From positions 12,250 through 76,249 of the IMG/VR virus record IMGVR_UViG_3300047160_001275: a stretch of DNA of 64,000 nucleotides; one strand, written 5' to 3'. The position numbers and the translations under genes are program-made. Below, piece by piece: positions 8,978 to 18,400 of the stretch; within the stretch, counting starts at the first letter, position 1, and each line of letters begins with the position of its first letter. The DNA is from a virus. Lineage: Duplodnaviria; Caudoviricetes. The notes beneath the pieces were generated by a model. It made no database searches. It was given only the letters and a program-made list of their open reading frames with translations, and was not told where the DNA came from.

Positions 8978-10084
8978 ATGGCTGAGCAGGGTGACCAGCG
9001 AGGCGAGGATCTGCGCGCCGAGAGAATCGAGAGCCGCGTCAACGAGGAGCGGGCCAAGTCGATATCGGTCTCCCTCGGCGGCGGACTGGACATCGCCGAT
9101 ATGGCGCAAGTCTTTGAATACGCTAAGGGCATGTCCCTCAGCGGGCCGATGGTTCCAGCATTTTGCCGGAACAGGCCGTGGGTCTGCTTTGGGATTTGCG
9201 TCCAAGCGATCGAGTGGGGGATCAGCGCCTTTTCGCTGGCGCGCGGAGCCTATGAGGTCAAGGACAACCGGTCGGGCGAAACAACGGTCGCGTACACGTC
9301 CCAAGTCCTGCACGCGGTGTTAGAGAAACGAGCCCCGATCAAGGAGAGGCTCGACGTCCGCTACGAGGGCGAGGGCGACGATCTCGTCTGCATCGTCACC
9401 GGCGCCTTCAAGGGCGAGGAGAAGGCCCGTGAATGGAGGTCGCCGAAGCTGGGCGAGCGGCGGCCGGAAAAGATCAAGAAGCGCAGCCGCTATAACGATG
9501 GCGAGGAATATGAGGTCATCCCCGGCAGCCCGCTCTGGTATTCCAAGCCGATGGTGCAATTGTTTTATGACACCAGCCGGGACTGGGGAAGAGTGTTCTG
9601 CCCCGATGTCATCATGGGCGTCTATGACCGCGACGAGATGCAGGAGCACGGGTTCGAGCCGACTGCTGGCTCGACTGGGACGCCGCCAGACGACGGCGGT
9701 CTCGGCGAACGGCTGAGCGCGCGGGCGATCTCGCAGATGGGGTTCGCCCCGGCGCACGTCGTCGCCAACGCGGTTGACGAAGCCAAAGCCAAGGCCGATA
9801 TGTCACAAACAGCGAGCCATCAGGTAGCTTCCCCAAGTCCTGATGCCGTTAGCGGCGAGGTTGAGACTCCTTCTCCCTCGCCGCGCCTTTCTCCAGATTC
9901 AGACGCGCCGCCACCCGAAGCCGCAACGACAGGCGGCGGCGCTACCGACGAGTCTATCCCCATGGAGTCGTCGGGGCCGCCGGTCGACAGTGGCTCGCCC
10001 GCCGCGAGTCGACCGGCGGATGCTTCAACACGTCCCAGCCATAGGGTAAGAAGAGGCCGTGAGGAAGGGGCTAGGCTGGTGTAA
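8978..10084 (+). CDS. RecT-family single-strand annealing protein
   Basis: SPLWYSKPMVQLFYDTSRDWGRVFCPDVIMGVYD motif, low-complexity C-terminus, position after the exonuclease. Confidence 0.7.
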   Translation: MAEQGDQRGEDLRAERIESRVNEERAKSISVSLGGGLDIADMAQVFEYAKGMSLSGPMVPAFCRNRPWVCFGICVQAIEWGISAFSLARGAYEVKDNRSGETTVAYTSQVLHAVLEKRAPIKERLDVRYEGEGDDLVCIVTGAFKGEEKAREWRSPKLGERRPEKIKKRSRYNDGEEYEVIPGSPLWYSKPMVQLFYDTSRDWGRVFCPDVIMGVYDRDEMQEHGFEPTAGSTGTPPDDGGLGERLSARAISQMGFAPAHVVANAVDEAKAKADMSQTASHQVASPSPDAVSGEVETPSPSPRLSPDSDAPPPEAATTGGGATDESIPMESSGPPVDSGSPAASRPADASTRPSHRVRRGREEGARLV

Positions 10085-10127
10085 TTGCTAAGGATAGTTG
10101 CAACCAATAAGTTGTTCCGTGAACGTT

Positions 10128-10553
10128 ATGGATAAGATCGCCGACAACCGGCAATGGGTGCTCGACAAGCTCAAGCACGAGCCCGTCATCGCTTGCGGCG
10201 GTTGCACCCGATGCTGCTGGAACAAGGCGGTGTTTCTCTATCCCGACGCTGGCGACAATCCGCTCCTCTACCAAACGGTCGAGGCGTACAACCCATATTG
10301 GGGCGGTCCTGGCTTCAGGCTCGACCACAAAGCAGACGGCTCATGCGTCTACCTGACAGAAGCCGGATGCGGTATCCATGCCAATAGGCCAGCAGCGTGC
10401 CGCGCCTATAGTTGCGTCGAGCAGGTGGAAATGTGGAGCCGAGCCGAGATCCGGCGGCTGAAGAGGGATAAGAAATGGCGACCGGAGGACGACGAGGGCG
10501 AGCGCCGTCTAAAGCTTCAGAGGACGTCGGCGCCACTCCCAGACCAAAGCTGA
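10128..10553 (+). CDS. YkgJ-family cysteine-cluster protein
   Basis: CGGCTRCC...CVYL...CGIHANRPAACRAYSC. Confidence 0.8.
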   Translation: MDKIADNRQWVLDKLKHEPVIACGGCTRCCWNKAVFLYPDAGDNPLLYQTVEAYNPYWGGPGFRLDHKADGSCVYLTEAGCGIHANRPAACRAYSCVEQVEMWSRAEIRRLKRDKKWRPEDDEGERRLKLQRTSAPLPDQS

Positions 10554-10924
10554 CCCCGACCCAGCGGCTGGCCTTGTTCGAGGTCCACCGGGGGATCTGC
10601 GCCATCTGCAACAACAAGATCGAGGGGTCGTTCATCTGCGAGCACATGCGGGCGCTGGGTCTCGGCGGCAAAGCCAGAGGCGATAACCTCGTGGTGGCCC
10701 ACACCCGGTGCGCCGAGCTTAAGACCAAGGCCGACCGCGCCATGATCGACAAGGCCAAGGCGCAGAAGAAGGCGCGCCACGGGATCAAGCGACACGCCGC
10801 CCCGCTCAAGAGCCGCAACGATCTGCCGACGAGCGCCCAAGCCGAGAAGCGGGCCAAGGACCGCTTGCCGCCGTCGGAAGGGCCGACCAACCTTCAGCGC
10901 CGCTATGGGATCATCGAGAAATGA
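10475..10924 (+). CDS. HNH endonuclease
   Basis: CAIC...CEHMRALGLGG...DNLVVAHTRC. Confidence 0.8.
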   Translation: MATGGRRGRAPSKASEDVGATPRPKLTPTQRLALFEVHRGICAICNNKIEGSFICEHMRALGLGGKARGDNLVVAHTRCAELKTKADRAMIDKAKAQKKARHGIKRHAAPLKSRNDLPTSAQAEKRAKDRLPPSEGPTNLQRRYGIIEK

Positions 10925-11226
10925 CCAACGAGATGCGCGCTTTCATGGAGAGGCGCGACGCCGCGTTCCGAAACCCCACGCTGGAGACCGCGCGCGGCCT
11001 ATTGCCTGAGACGATCGTCGTGGGGAGGGTAGACTCGCCGCTCGCCGCGCTGCACAAGGCGAGATTGCAATGGCTGGAGGCCACCGACGCCATGCTGGTC
11101 GAGTCGAAGAAGTGGCTGGAGGATCACGGCTATATGCCGTCATGGAGGGGAGCGCCGCCGATGACCCCGCTCCAGCGGGATGTCGATCGGATGCGGCTTG
11201 GCAAGCCGCCGCTGAGGGGCAAGTGA
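10921..11226 (+). CDS. hypothetical protein
   Basis: 101-aa coupled ORF. Confidence 0.6.
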   Translation: MTNEMRAFMERRDAAFRNPTLETARGLLPETIVVGRVDSPLAALHKARLQWLEATDAMLVESKKWLEDHGYMPSWRGAPPMTPLQRDVDRMRLGKPPLRGK

Positions 11227-11474
11227 GAACGGAGTGGGCGTGGTTCCTCTTGCTGATCGCCTTCTTGCTGACGGTGGTCGCCCTCATGGCTTACGCCGCA
11301 CCGGCCGAGGCCCATTGCTACAGCGTCTGGAAATACCCTTACCCGCAGCGGTGCGGGATCTATGCGCGGGCCGACAACGCCCGCGTGTGGTATGTGGAGA
11401 TCACCAAATTCCCCGCCGACTGGGAAAGAGACGAAGCGGTGGCCAAGCTGAAGGCTATGCTCAACGGACATTGA
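11223..11474 (+). CDS. small exported/membrane protein
   Basis: GTG start, hydrophobic N-terminus ending AAPAEA, then HCYSVW...QRC. Confidence 0.55.
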   Translation: MRTEWAWFLLLIAFLLTVVALMAYAAPAEAHCYSVWKYPYPQRCGIYARADNARVWYVEITKFPADWERDEAVAKLKAMLNGH

Positions 11475-11697
11475 CGAGCCTCGCCTCGTCGCAATCCATC
11501 GGGACAAAGACGCCGGTAAACCGAGCCCTGACGTAGCAGAGCCGTGGCTGGTCTTGCTGCTGAAGCGCCCGCCGCAAGAGCAGCACCCCGCCGCCAGGAA
11601 GCGTGATCGCCTCGTCGTTGCCCCCGGCGTCAATCACCTGCGGCCGGTCAACGTTGCAGCCGCTAAGCAGAGCGGCGAGGACGATTATGGCCCTCAT
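11461..11697 (-). CDS. putative lipoprotein
   Basis: MRAIIVLAALLSGC lipobox; last gene of the late operon. Confidence 0.55.
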   Translation of the reverse strand: MRAIIVLAALLSGCNVDRPQVIDAGGNDEAITLPGGGVLLLRRALQQQDQPRLCYVRARFTGVFVPMDCDEARLVNVR

Positions 11698-12067
11698 AGA
11701 CGTAGCCTCCTCGTCCCGCTTGCAGCCATTTCTGGACGCTGGTGGTGGTGACGCTGAGTTCGACCCCGATCGCCTCATGGGTCCAGCCCTGATTGCGAAG
11801 CTCGATGATCCTGGCCATAGTGGCTTCGGAATAGCGCGACGCTTTCCTGCTGCGATGTCGGCGCATCTTCGCCTCTCCTTGCAGCCTCCCCCGCTTGCAG
11901 CCGCACGATTGCGTCCATCCCTCCCGCAAGGAGGTCCACCTCGCCACCTTCCGTCCGCCGCAGTCGCAGCGGGCGACGACGAACATTCCGAGATCTTCCT
12001 CGACTGTCAGACGACCGAAGCGGACGCCGATCAGGGACGGATGCTTCCGCCGCACACCAGCGTGCAT
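11663..12067 (-). CDS. HNH-associated zinc domain fused to an HTH (no nuclease core)
   Basis: RFGRLTV...CDCG...LREGWTQSCGC followed by IIELRNQGWTHEAIGVELSVTTTSVQKW. Confidence 0.55.
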   Translation of the reverse strand: MHAGVRRKHPSLIGVRFGRLTVEEDLGMFVVARCDCGGRKVARWTSLREGWTQSCGCKRGRLQGEAKMRRHRSRKASRYSEATMARIIELRNQGWTHEAIGVELSVTTTSVQKWLQAGRGGYVYEGHNRPRRSA

Positions 12068-12312
12068 GGGCCGCTGCCGGGCGGGTGGCCGGGTCCGATC
12101 GCCGACCTCACCATGTCGCAATTTTCGTGGACCGGGATGAACCTTCCCGAAGTCGTCACGATCAGGCACCCCGTTCCGTGCGCCCAATGACCGGCCGAGA
12201 ACGTCCTCGGGTCGCGGATCGAGGTGATCTCGTTCGGATTGATGTCGACCCTGTGGCTGCCGTCAGGGGTCGAGAACTGGGCTAGCACGAGGGCGACGGT
12301 GAGCAGGCTCAT
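12031..12312 (-). CDS. small exported Cys-containing protein
   Basis: Signal-like MSLLTVALVLAQ; four Cys. Confidence 0.5.
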   Translation of the reverse strand: MSLLTVALVLAQFSTPDGSHRVDINPNEITSIRDPRTFSAGHWAHGTGCLIVTTSGRFIPVHENCDMVRSAIGPGHPPGSGPCTLVCGGSIRP

Positions 12313-13216
12313 GGCCGAGGTTCCAGTAATGACGCGCTCCCTCCCGCAGGGAGGCGAAGCGGAAATCAGGGACGATTTCCATGAGCTTATGGGTGTCGGC
12401 TTGGGTGAAGCTTTGATAACGTGGCCGCCACCCGTCAGGGAACGGCGCGACCTCCAGCGCCACGCTCTGGCTCGCCTCCTCCATGCAGATCTTGGCGACG
12501 TCGACGAAGCTCACCGCGACCCCGGTGCCGACGTTGTAGACACCAGGCGGAAATGGGCCGCCGGTCAGGAGATCGCACGTCAGGCGAGCCACATCGTCGA
12601 CATAGACCCAGTCGCGTTTGTAGGCGTCGCTGCCCTTGAGGAGACGGATCGGGACGCCAAGACGGATGGCGTCGAGGCACTTGCTGACGAAACTCTTCAT
12701 GTCGCGCTTGTGGGCCTCGCCAGGCCCGTAGACGTTGAAGAGCCTCAAGCCCGCCCATAGCGGCGGCGCGGGTCTGAGCTTGGCCAGCGCCTGATCGGCG
12801 GCGAGCTTGCTGGAGGCATAGGGGCTAAGCTCCGAGAGAGACGCCGGATAATCCTCCCGCTGCTCCTCTCGCCGCCCATAGACCGAGGCGCTCGACGCAT
12901 AGAGGAACGGCCAGCGCCGATCGGCGCACAGGGTGAACAGGTCGATCGTCAGGTTGGTGTTAGTCTCGAACAGCGCCGCCGCGTCGTTGTCCAGGGTCGA
13001 GGTGCGCGCCCCCATGTGGATGACAGCGGTGTCGCGCGGGCAGGCGGACAGGAAGTTGAAGGCGTCGCGCGGGTCGATCAGCGTGTGCTTGAGGCGCTTA
13101 CGGTCGATGTTGGCCCAGCGCCGGTCGATGGACGCAATCGGGCCGAGGCCGCGGCACCGGAGCGCGCGGACGATGGTCGAGCCGATGAAGCCTGCGCCTC
13201 CGGTGACGACGTACAA
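12263..13216 (-). CDS. hldD: ADP-L-glycero-D-manno-heptose 6-epimerase
   Basis: GGAGFIGS, YASSASVYG, YASSK (YxxxK), LFNVYGPGEAHK, RDWVYVDDV, YQSFTQAD; TTG start after GAGAGGA. Confidence 0.85.
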   Translation of the reverse strand: MYVVTGGAGFIGSTIVRALRCRGLGPIASIDRRWANIDRKRLKHTLIDPRDAFNFLSACPRDTAVIHMGARTSTLDNDAAALFETNTNLTIDLFTLCADRRWPFLYASSASVYGRREEQREDYPASLSELSPYASSKLAADQALAKLRPAPPLWAGLRLFNVYGPGEAHKRDMKSFVSKCLDAIRLGVPIRLLKGSDAYKRDWVYVDDVARLTCDLLTGGPFPPGVYNVGTGVAVSFVDVAKICMEEASQSVALEVAPFPDGWRPRYQSFTQADTHKLMEIVPDFRFASLREGARHYWNLGHEPAHRRPRASPVLDP

Positions 13217-13662
13217 GCGATCCTCTCGATAAGCTGGGTGGTGCTGATCCGGTTGACCAAGGGGACGAACTCGACCCTGTCGACATGCTCAGCCCCAACG
13301 ATCGTCTTGCCCTTCCAGTCCGCGCCCTTGAACAGGACATCGGGGGCGATCCCGGCGATCAGAGGATCGAGCATGTCCTCGCTGAACACGATCACCGCAT
13401 CGACCGGCTTCAGCGCCGCCACCATTCGCGCCCGCTCATTGGCCGAATAGATGGGGCGGCCCGGCCCCTTCAGCGCCCTGACCGCCGCATCGTCGCTGAT
13501 GCCGACGATCAGCCGCCAGCAATGCGCCTTGGCGTGGACGAGCATCCCCACATGGCCGAGGTGGAGGAGGTCAAAGACTCCGTTCGTCCAGCCTATCGTG
13601 AGATTACTTTCACGCCATCGAGCCACGCGCCTCGCCAGCGTCGCTTGGGTGTCGATTCTCAT
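13078..13662 (-). CDS. hldC: heptose-1-phosphate adenylyltransferase (RfaE domain II / HldC-type)
   Basis: TNGVFDLLHLGH (HxGH), VRALKGPGRPI, KGADW, ISTT. Confidence 0.88.
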   Translation of the reverse strand: MRIDTQATLARRVARWRESNLTIGWTNGVFDLLHLGHVGMLVHAKAHCWRLIVGISDDAAVRALKGPGRPIYSANERARMVAALKPVDAVIVFSEDMLDPLIAGIAPDVLFKGADWKGKTIVGAEHVDRVEFVPLVNRISTTQLIERIACTSSPEAQASSARPSSARSGAAASARLRPSTGAGPTSTVSASSTR

Positions 13663-13865
13663 CGCGCGAACGCGCCATGCAGATCTTCCTCGGCCGCCCG
13701 TCTGTAGCTTCTTCCGTCAATCCTTATCAGTCGATAACCCTGATCGTTGACCGCCCCAGCGTCATTGCCTGCTGGATTGCGGTTAGAGGCGGTAGCGATC
13801 CACGTCCAATTGCCGGTCTCAAGTTCGTACAGAAGCAGTTGCTTCAGACGCACCGCCGTCAACAT
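13659..13865 (-). pseudogene. internally deleted HNH-AP2 homing endonuclease remnant
   Basis: N-terminus LKQLLLYELETGNWTW...GYRLIRIDGRSY joined directly to the typical C-terminus YRRAAEEDLHGAFAR; HNH core absent. Confidence 0.6.
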
Positions 13866-13877
13866 CCTCGCCCCCTT

Positions 13878-14867
13878 TTAGTGAAGCCGATGGAGAGATT
13901 CTTCTCTCTCCACCGCCCGACCTTTTTTGCCAGCGTTGCCTGCGTGTCGATCCGCAATGGCTTTGACCTCGTCCAGCGTCACCGCCGCCGTGCCCGCCCT
14001 GGAGACGGCGACCGCTCCCGCCGCGTTGGCGAACAGCGCCGCCTCCATCACGCTTTGACCAGATCCCAGAAGGACCGCCATCGCAGCCGCAACCGTATCC
14101 CCAGCGCCGACAACGTCAACCGCGTCGATCTCCAGCGGCGGGATCGACAGCGCCCCGTTGCCGTCGGCGAGCATCATGCCGTTCGCGCCGCAGGTCAGGA
14201 GAACGTGATCAATCTCGGTCGCCTCGCGCAGCGCCATGGCCGCCGCCGCCGCCTCGAACTCGTTGCTCGGCGGGGAATGGTGCAAAGCTTCGCCGATCTC
14301 CTTGAGGTTGGGCTTGATCAGGGTCGCGCGCTTCCAGCACGGGGCCATCGGCGTCTTGGTGTCGACCACGGACGGGATCGAGCGTTTGCGCGCCTCCTCG
14401 ATCACGGCCTTGGCCACCGCCGGGGTGACGCCGCCTTTGGCGTAATCTGAGACCACAACCGCGTCCGGTTCGTCCGCCTTGGCGATCTCGGCCAGGATCA
14501 GCATCTCGGCGGCCTCGCTGAGGGCCTCGGTCCGCTCGATGTCCATGCGGAACACCTGCCCGCCATTGACCAGCATCCGCTGCTTGACCGTGGTGACCCT
14601 TCCCTCGCAAGAGACGAGGCATGGCGTGATGCGCTCGGTCATGGCCAGCGTCTTGTTGAGGCTCGCGCCGCTGTCGTCCTTGCCGATCGCCGCGATCAAG
14701 GTCGCGTCTTGACCTAGCGCGGCGACGTTCATCGCCACATTGGCGGCGCCGCCTGGCATGACCATGCTGGCGAAGGGCATGAAGATCGGCGCAGGCGACT
14801 CCTGGCTCTCCCGTATCTTGCCGTGGATGTAGAAGTCGATCATCACGTCGCCATAGACGAGGATCAC
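13878..14867 (-). CDS. hldA: heptose-7-phosphate kinase (RfaE domain I / HldA-type, PfkB family)
   Basis: GDVMID, ESPAP, GGAANVA, SDYAKG, IKPNLKE, DVVGAGDT. Confidence 0.88.
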   Translation of the reverse strand: MILVYGDVMIDFYIHGKIRESQESPAPIFMPFASMVMPGGAANVAMNVAALGQDATLIAAIGKDDSGASLNKTLAMTERITPCLVSCEGRVTTVKQRMLVNGGQVFRMDIERTEALSEAAEMLILAEIAKADEPDAVVVSDYAKGGVTPAVAKAVIEEARKRSIPSVVDTKTPMAPCWKRATLIKPNLKEIGEALHHSPPSNEFEAAAAAMALREATEIDHVLLTCGANGMMLADGNGALSIPPLEIDAVDVVGAGDTVAAAMAVLLGSGQSVMEAALFANAAGAVAVSRAGTAAVTLDEVKAIADRHAGNAGKKGRAVEREESLHRLH

Positions 14868-15457
14868 CGCGCCCTCACGATCACCGCCTGGGTGGTTTGC
14901 TGGCGGTTGGCGATCAGGTGGCCGAGGACGGTGAAATGGGTGGCCATGTAGCCCTCGAACTCATCGAAGCTCCACTCCCTGACGTGGCTCTTGTTGATCG
15001 GCGGCCCTAGCCTCAGATCGCGCGGCAAGCCGTAGAGGTCGCGGTCCGGGGTCGAGATCACCGCCAGTCCGTCCTTGCGCATCAAGGACTTGATGAACGT
15101 GATCGTCTCGTTGGCGTCGACCACATGCTCGATCACATCGGCGCAGAGCACGAGATCGGCCTTGGCGGTCGCGCCCGCGTCGATCGAGCACCACATCCGG
15201 TCGGGGTGCTGGACTCTGAGCCAATCGACGATCTCGGGCGTCTCAAAGCCGAGCGTGTCGTAGCCGCCGAGCATCGTCACGAGCTTGAAGCCTGAGCCAC
15301 AGCCGACATCGAACACCGTCCGCCATTGGTTGGCGGCCATCAGCGCCTGGGCGATCAGGTAGACCTCCCGCTGCCACTCGTCCCGCAGAGCGCGATCGTC
15401 CCACGGTTCTGGGTCAGTGCGATGACGGTAATGGTCGGGCAGGCAATACGCGCCCAA
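14864..15457 (-). CDS. class I SAM-dependent methyltransferase
   Basis: VFDVGCGSG, DLVLCADVIEHV, VISTPDR, HVREW. Confidence 0.85.
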   Translation of the reverse strand: MGAYCLPDHYRHRTDPEPWDDRALRDEWQREVYLIAQALMAANQWRTVFDVGCGSGFKLVTMLGGYDTLGFETPEIVDWLRVQHPDRMWCSIDAGATAKADLVLCADVIEHVVDANETITFIKSLMRKDGLAVISTPDRDLYGLPRDLRLGPPINKSHVREWSFDEFEGYMATHFTVLGHLIANRQQTTQAVIVRAR

Positions 15458-18400
15458 TCAGGCCGCCTTGGCCGCCAGCCCAATAAAACTTAGGTCAGGC
15501 TCGCCAAACGCCTCGCGCGTCCAGCCGCTCCATGAGCGTAGGAACGGGGCTAAGGCCGTCCTGCGGTTGTCCCAGGCCAGCCTGAAGCTGTCGCAGGCGT
15601 TCCAGTGCCCAGGCCCGCGCTTGAAATGGCCGCCCTCCTTGGTCATCGGCACCCCAGCCAGGATGATCCGGTCGTAGCCAAGCTGACGCGCCACCGCCAC
15701 CGCGAACAGTCCGCTTGAGCCGCGCCAGTCGTCGGCGACGTCGGTGATCCCGGCAAACGGGTGCCTTCTATCGCCCTTGGTGTGCGCCCACACTTGGCTC
15801 GGCGGCAAGCGTCGGGTCCGCGCCCGCGCGCTCAGCCAGTCCTTTGCCTTGTTGGGATGGAGGGTGACGCCGACGCAGTCGCCGTCGAACTCACTGATCA
15901 TGTCGTTGATCACGAACCATGTCGCCTGGACGCCGTCGAGCAGGGCGCGGGTCTGCTCGACCTCGTGCAGGACGTCGCCGCCGCCTCCGACCACCACCGC
16001 GATAGGCTTCGTTAGGGCTTGTCCATCAAAGTTGCCGGTCTGTTCCCGTCTGGTTCCTGATTCGGCGGCGAGACGCGGATTTAATTCGGCGGAAATTCGG
16101 GCGGCTCCCGGCTTGGCCGCCTCGAACGCCATCGACTCGATCTTGTTGAAGACGTCGCCGATCACCTTGCCGTGGCCCTCGACGCCACGAAGCTCAGGAT
16201 GGGGGCTTTGCCCGACCTCCCGCTCGCAGAGATATGAGAAACCAGCGTAGCGAAGCAGGGACGCCATCACGCTCACCGTCCACGCCATCTGGTGGCCATG
16301 TGAGAACAGGATCGCCTTGGCCGCGCCATGGGCGGAAGCCTCGCCGCTCCATTTCTTGGTGAACTCGAAATACGCCTGATCGTCGCAGGCCATGATCTTC
16401 TCGATGCTCGGCACCGTCACCCGCAAGATCCCGCCGGGGGCGAGCACCCGGAACGCCTCCTCGAAAAACCGGATTGCCTCGTGGCAAGAGACGTGCTCGA
16501 CGCAGTGCTCGATGAAGATGTAGCTCGCCGAATTGTCGCGCCATGGCAACGGGCGGGCGATGTCGACGTCGGAATCATGGTTCTCCCAGCCGGGGAGCTT
16601 GTTGTCGCCGCAGCCGAGGTTGAGCTTGATCAGGGCCGTCCGCGAATCGACGCGGGATGAACTGGAAAGGGGACTGACAGCCTCCCGGCCCACCAGCGCC
16701 GCCTCGACGAACCGATCGTAGCAGAAGACATCGTTATGGCAGTGCGTCACCCAGTCGAGATCGAGCGCAACGACGTTGGCGTTAGTGATTTGATGCTTGT
16801 CGCCGCGCCAGCCTTTGATCGGCAGCATGTAGAGGTTGGGATCGCCGACGATCCCGCGCACCACCACCTCAGGGGTTGGCCTGACCTCCCGGTGCGGCCA
16901 ATCGTAACGCTGGGTGAACTGGTTCCGTTTCACCCAGTCGACCGAGAAGGCCATCAGCCCCGTCTCGACCCATCCGGCGAAGTCGCGCTCCATGCCGCTG
17001 ACCGGGATCGACGCGACCGGCTTGCCCCATTTGACCATGTCGGCGACGAGGTTGCGCACCGGCAGGCGCAGGAGCGAGTCGCCCTCGATATGGGCGACGA
17101 ACTCGTAGCCGCGTTCGACCGCCAGATCGAGCCCCTTGGTGAACGCCCGTCCCCAGCCGTCGCGGCCCTTGCGTGAGAGATGGCCGACGTTGTCGCCGAA
17201 CTGGAACACCTCGCAGCGCGGTCCATTGCTTGGCTGGATAATCGGCAGAGGCGAAGCGCTGTCGACAAGTAGGAAGTCGCAGTCCGGGTTGAGCGCGCGG
17301 TGCAGGAAGAGCCACTGCACCGTCAGCTTCTGCCGGTCGGCCGAGTCGACGTAGGTGGTGCCGAAAATCAGAGTGCGGGAGCGAGCGCCGCCTTCTGGAG
17401 GGGGTGCCGCGCCCGCTCCCTCCGTCGGTCCCGCAGCGGGGGTCGTCTTCGGGAGCGACGTGCGCCATTGCGCGGCAAACTCCCTCACCCTGTCAAGCGC
17501 GGGCGGCAGGTCGATCTTCTTGTCGCCGCAGTCGTGCCGCTCGGTGTGGCAGTCGCACGGCTGGATCGGGTCTATGCCGAGAGTCGGCGCAAGATGCGCG
17601 CCTGCCCGCTGAGTCGTCCGGTAGGATTCCCGGCCGCCATAGACGCATATCGACGGCGTTCCGACCGCCTGAGCCAAGACCGGGGCAAATCCGGCATTAC
17701 AAAAGACGATGGCAGCCTGTTTGAATAGCGCAGCCATGCTCTGGAACGTGAGTTCGCCGCCATGGAATTTCAGGTCCGCTTCTGGTTCCGGCCCGACGAT
17801 CCACTCCTCCCCCGGCTGGAGGTCGGCGATCGACACCACGAAATAGCCATCCTTCGCCGCCTTGTAGAGCGTCTCGTAGCCCTCTGGGTCTGGGTTGCGG
17901 TTGGCGCTGTTCCATTCTCTTCTCAGGACGATGGGCCGATAGACGAGGAGTGGCTTCCCTCCGGTGTCGAACGCGGGCGCTCGCCATGAGCCGGGAACCG
18001 GCAGCGAAAAGTCGAGCGGCTTCAGGTGGTCGACCGGATGGCCCTGCTCGCTGATCGCCCCCGCCATCGCTTGAAGAATCGTGCCGTAATGGTCGATGGC
18101 GGGCTTCTTGTACCACAATTTGATGTGATGGGCGGACGCTGGCGCAGCGGGAACGACCCCGAACAGGCCCCGCTCGCGCGCGATTGTCTTGGCCTGCGCT
18201 CTAAGCCTTGTGTCCTTGAAGATCAGGTGCAGCCGGTCGCCGATCAGGTCATGATAGACATGCCAGTGCGAGGTGTGCAGCCACACCTCTTCCCGCTTCA
18301 TCAGTTCCCGCAGGATCGCCCGCTGGTGGAGGTTGTCGCCGATGCCATACATGCCGTCGATGACCACCGCGCCTCCGGGGCGAGCCATATCGGCTCGGTG

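Noticed and set aside
11461-11697. Lipoprotein as o-spanin of a lysis cassette
   Set aside because: No adjacent i-spanin, holin or endolysin recognised; lysis genes probably lie outside the window.
13078-13216. 139-bp hldC/hldD overlap as a programmed fusion
   Set aside because: hldD has its own GAGAGGA site and TTG start; the hldC tail is low-complexity read-through with no slippery site.
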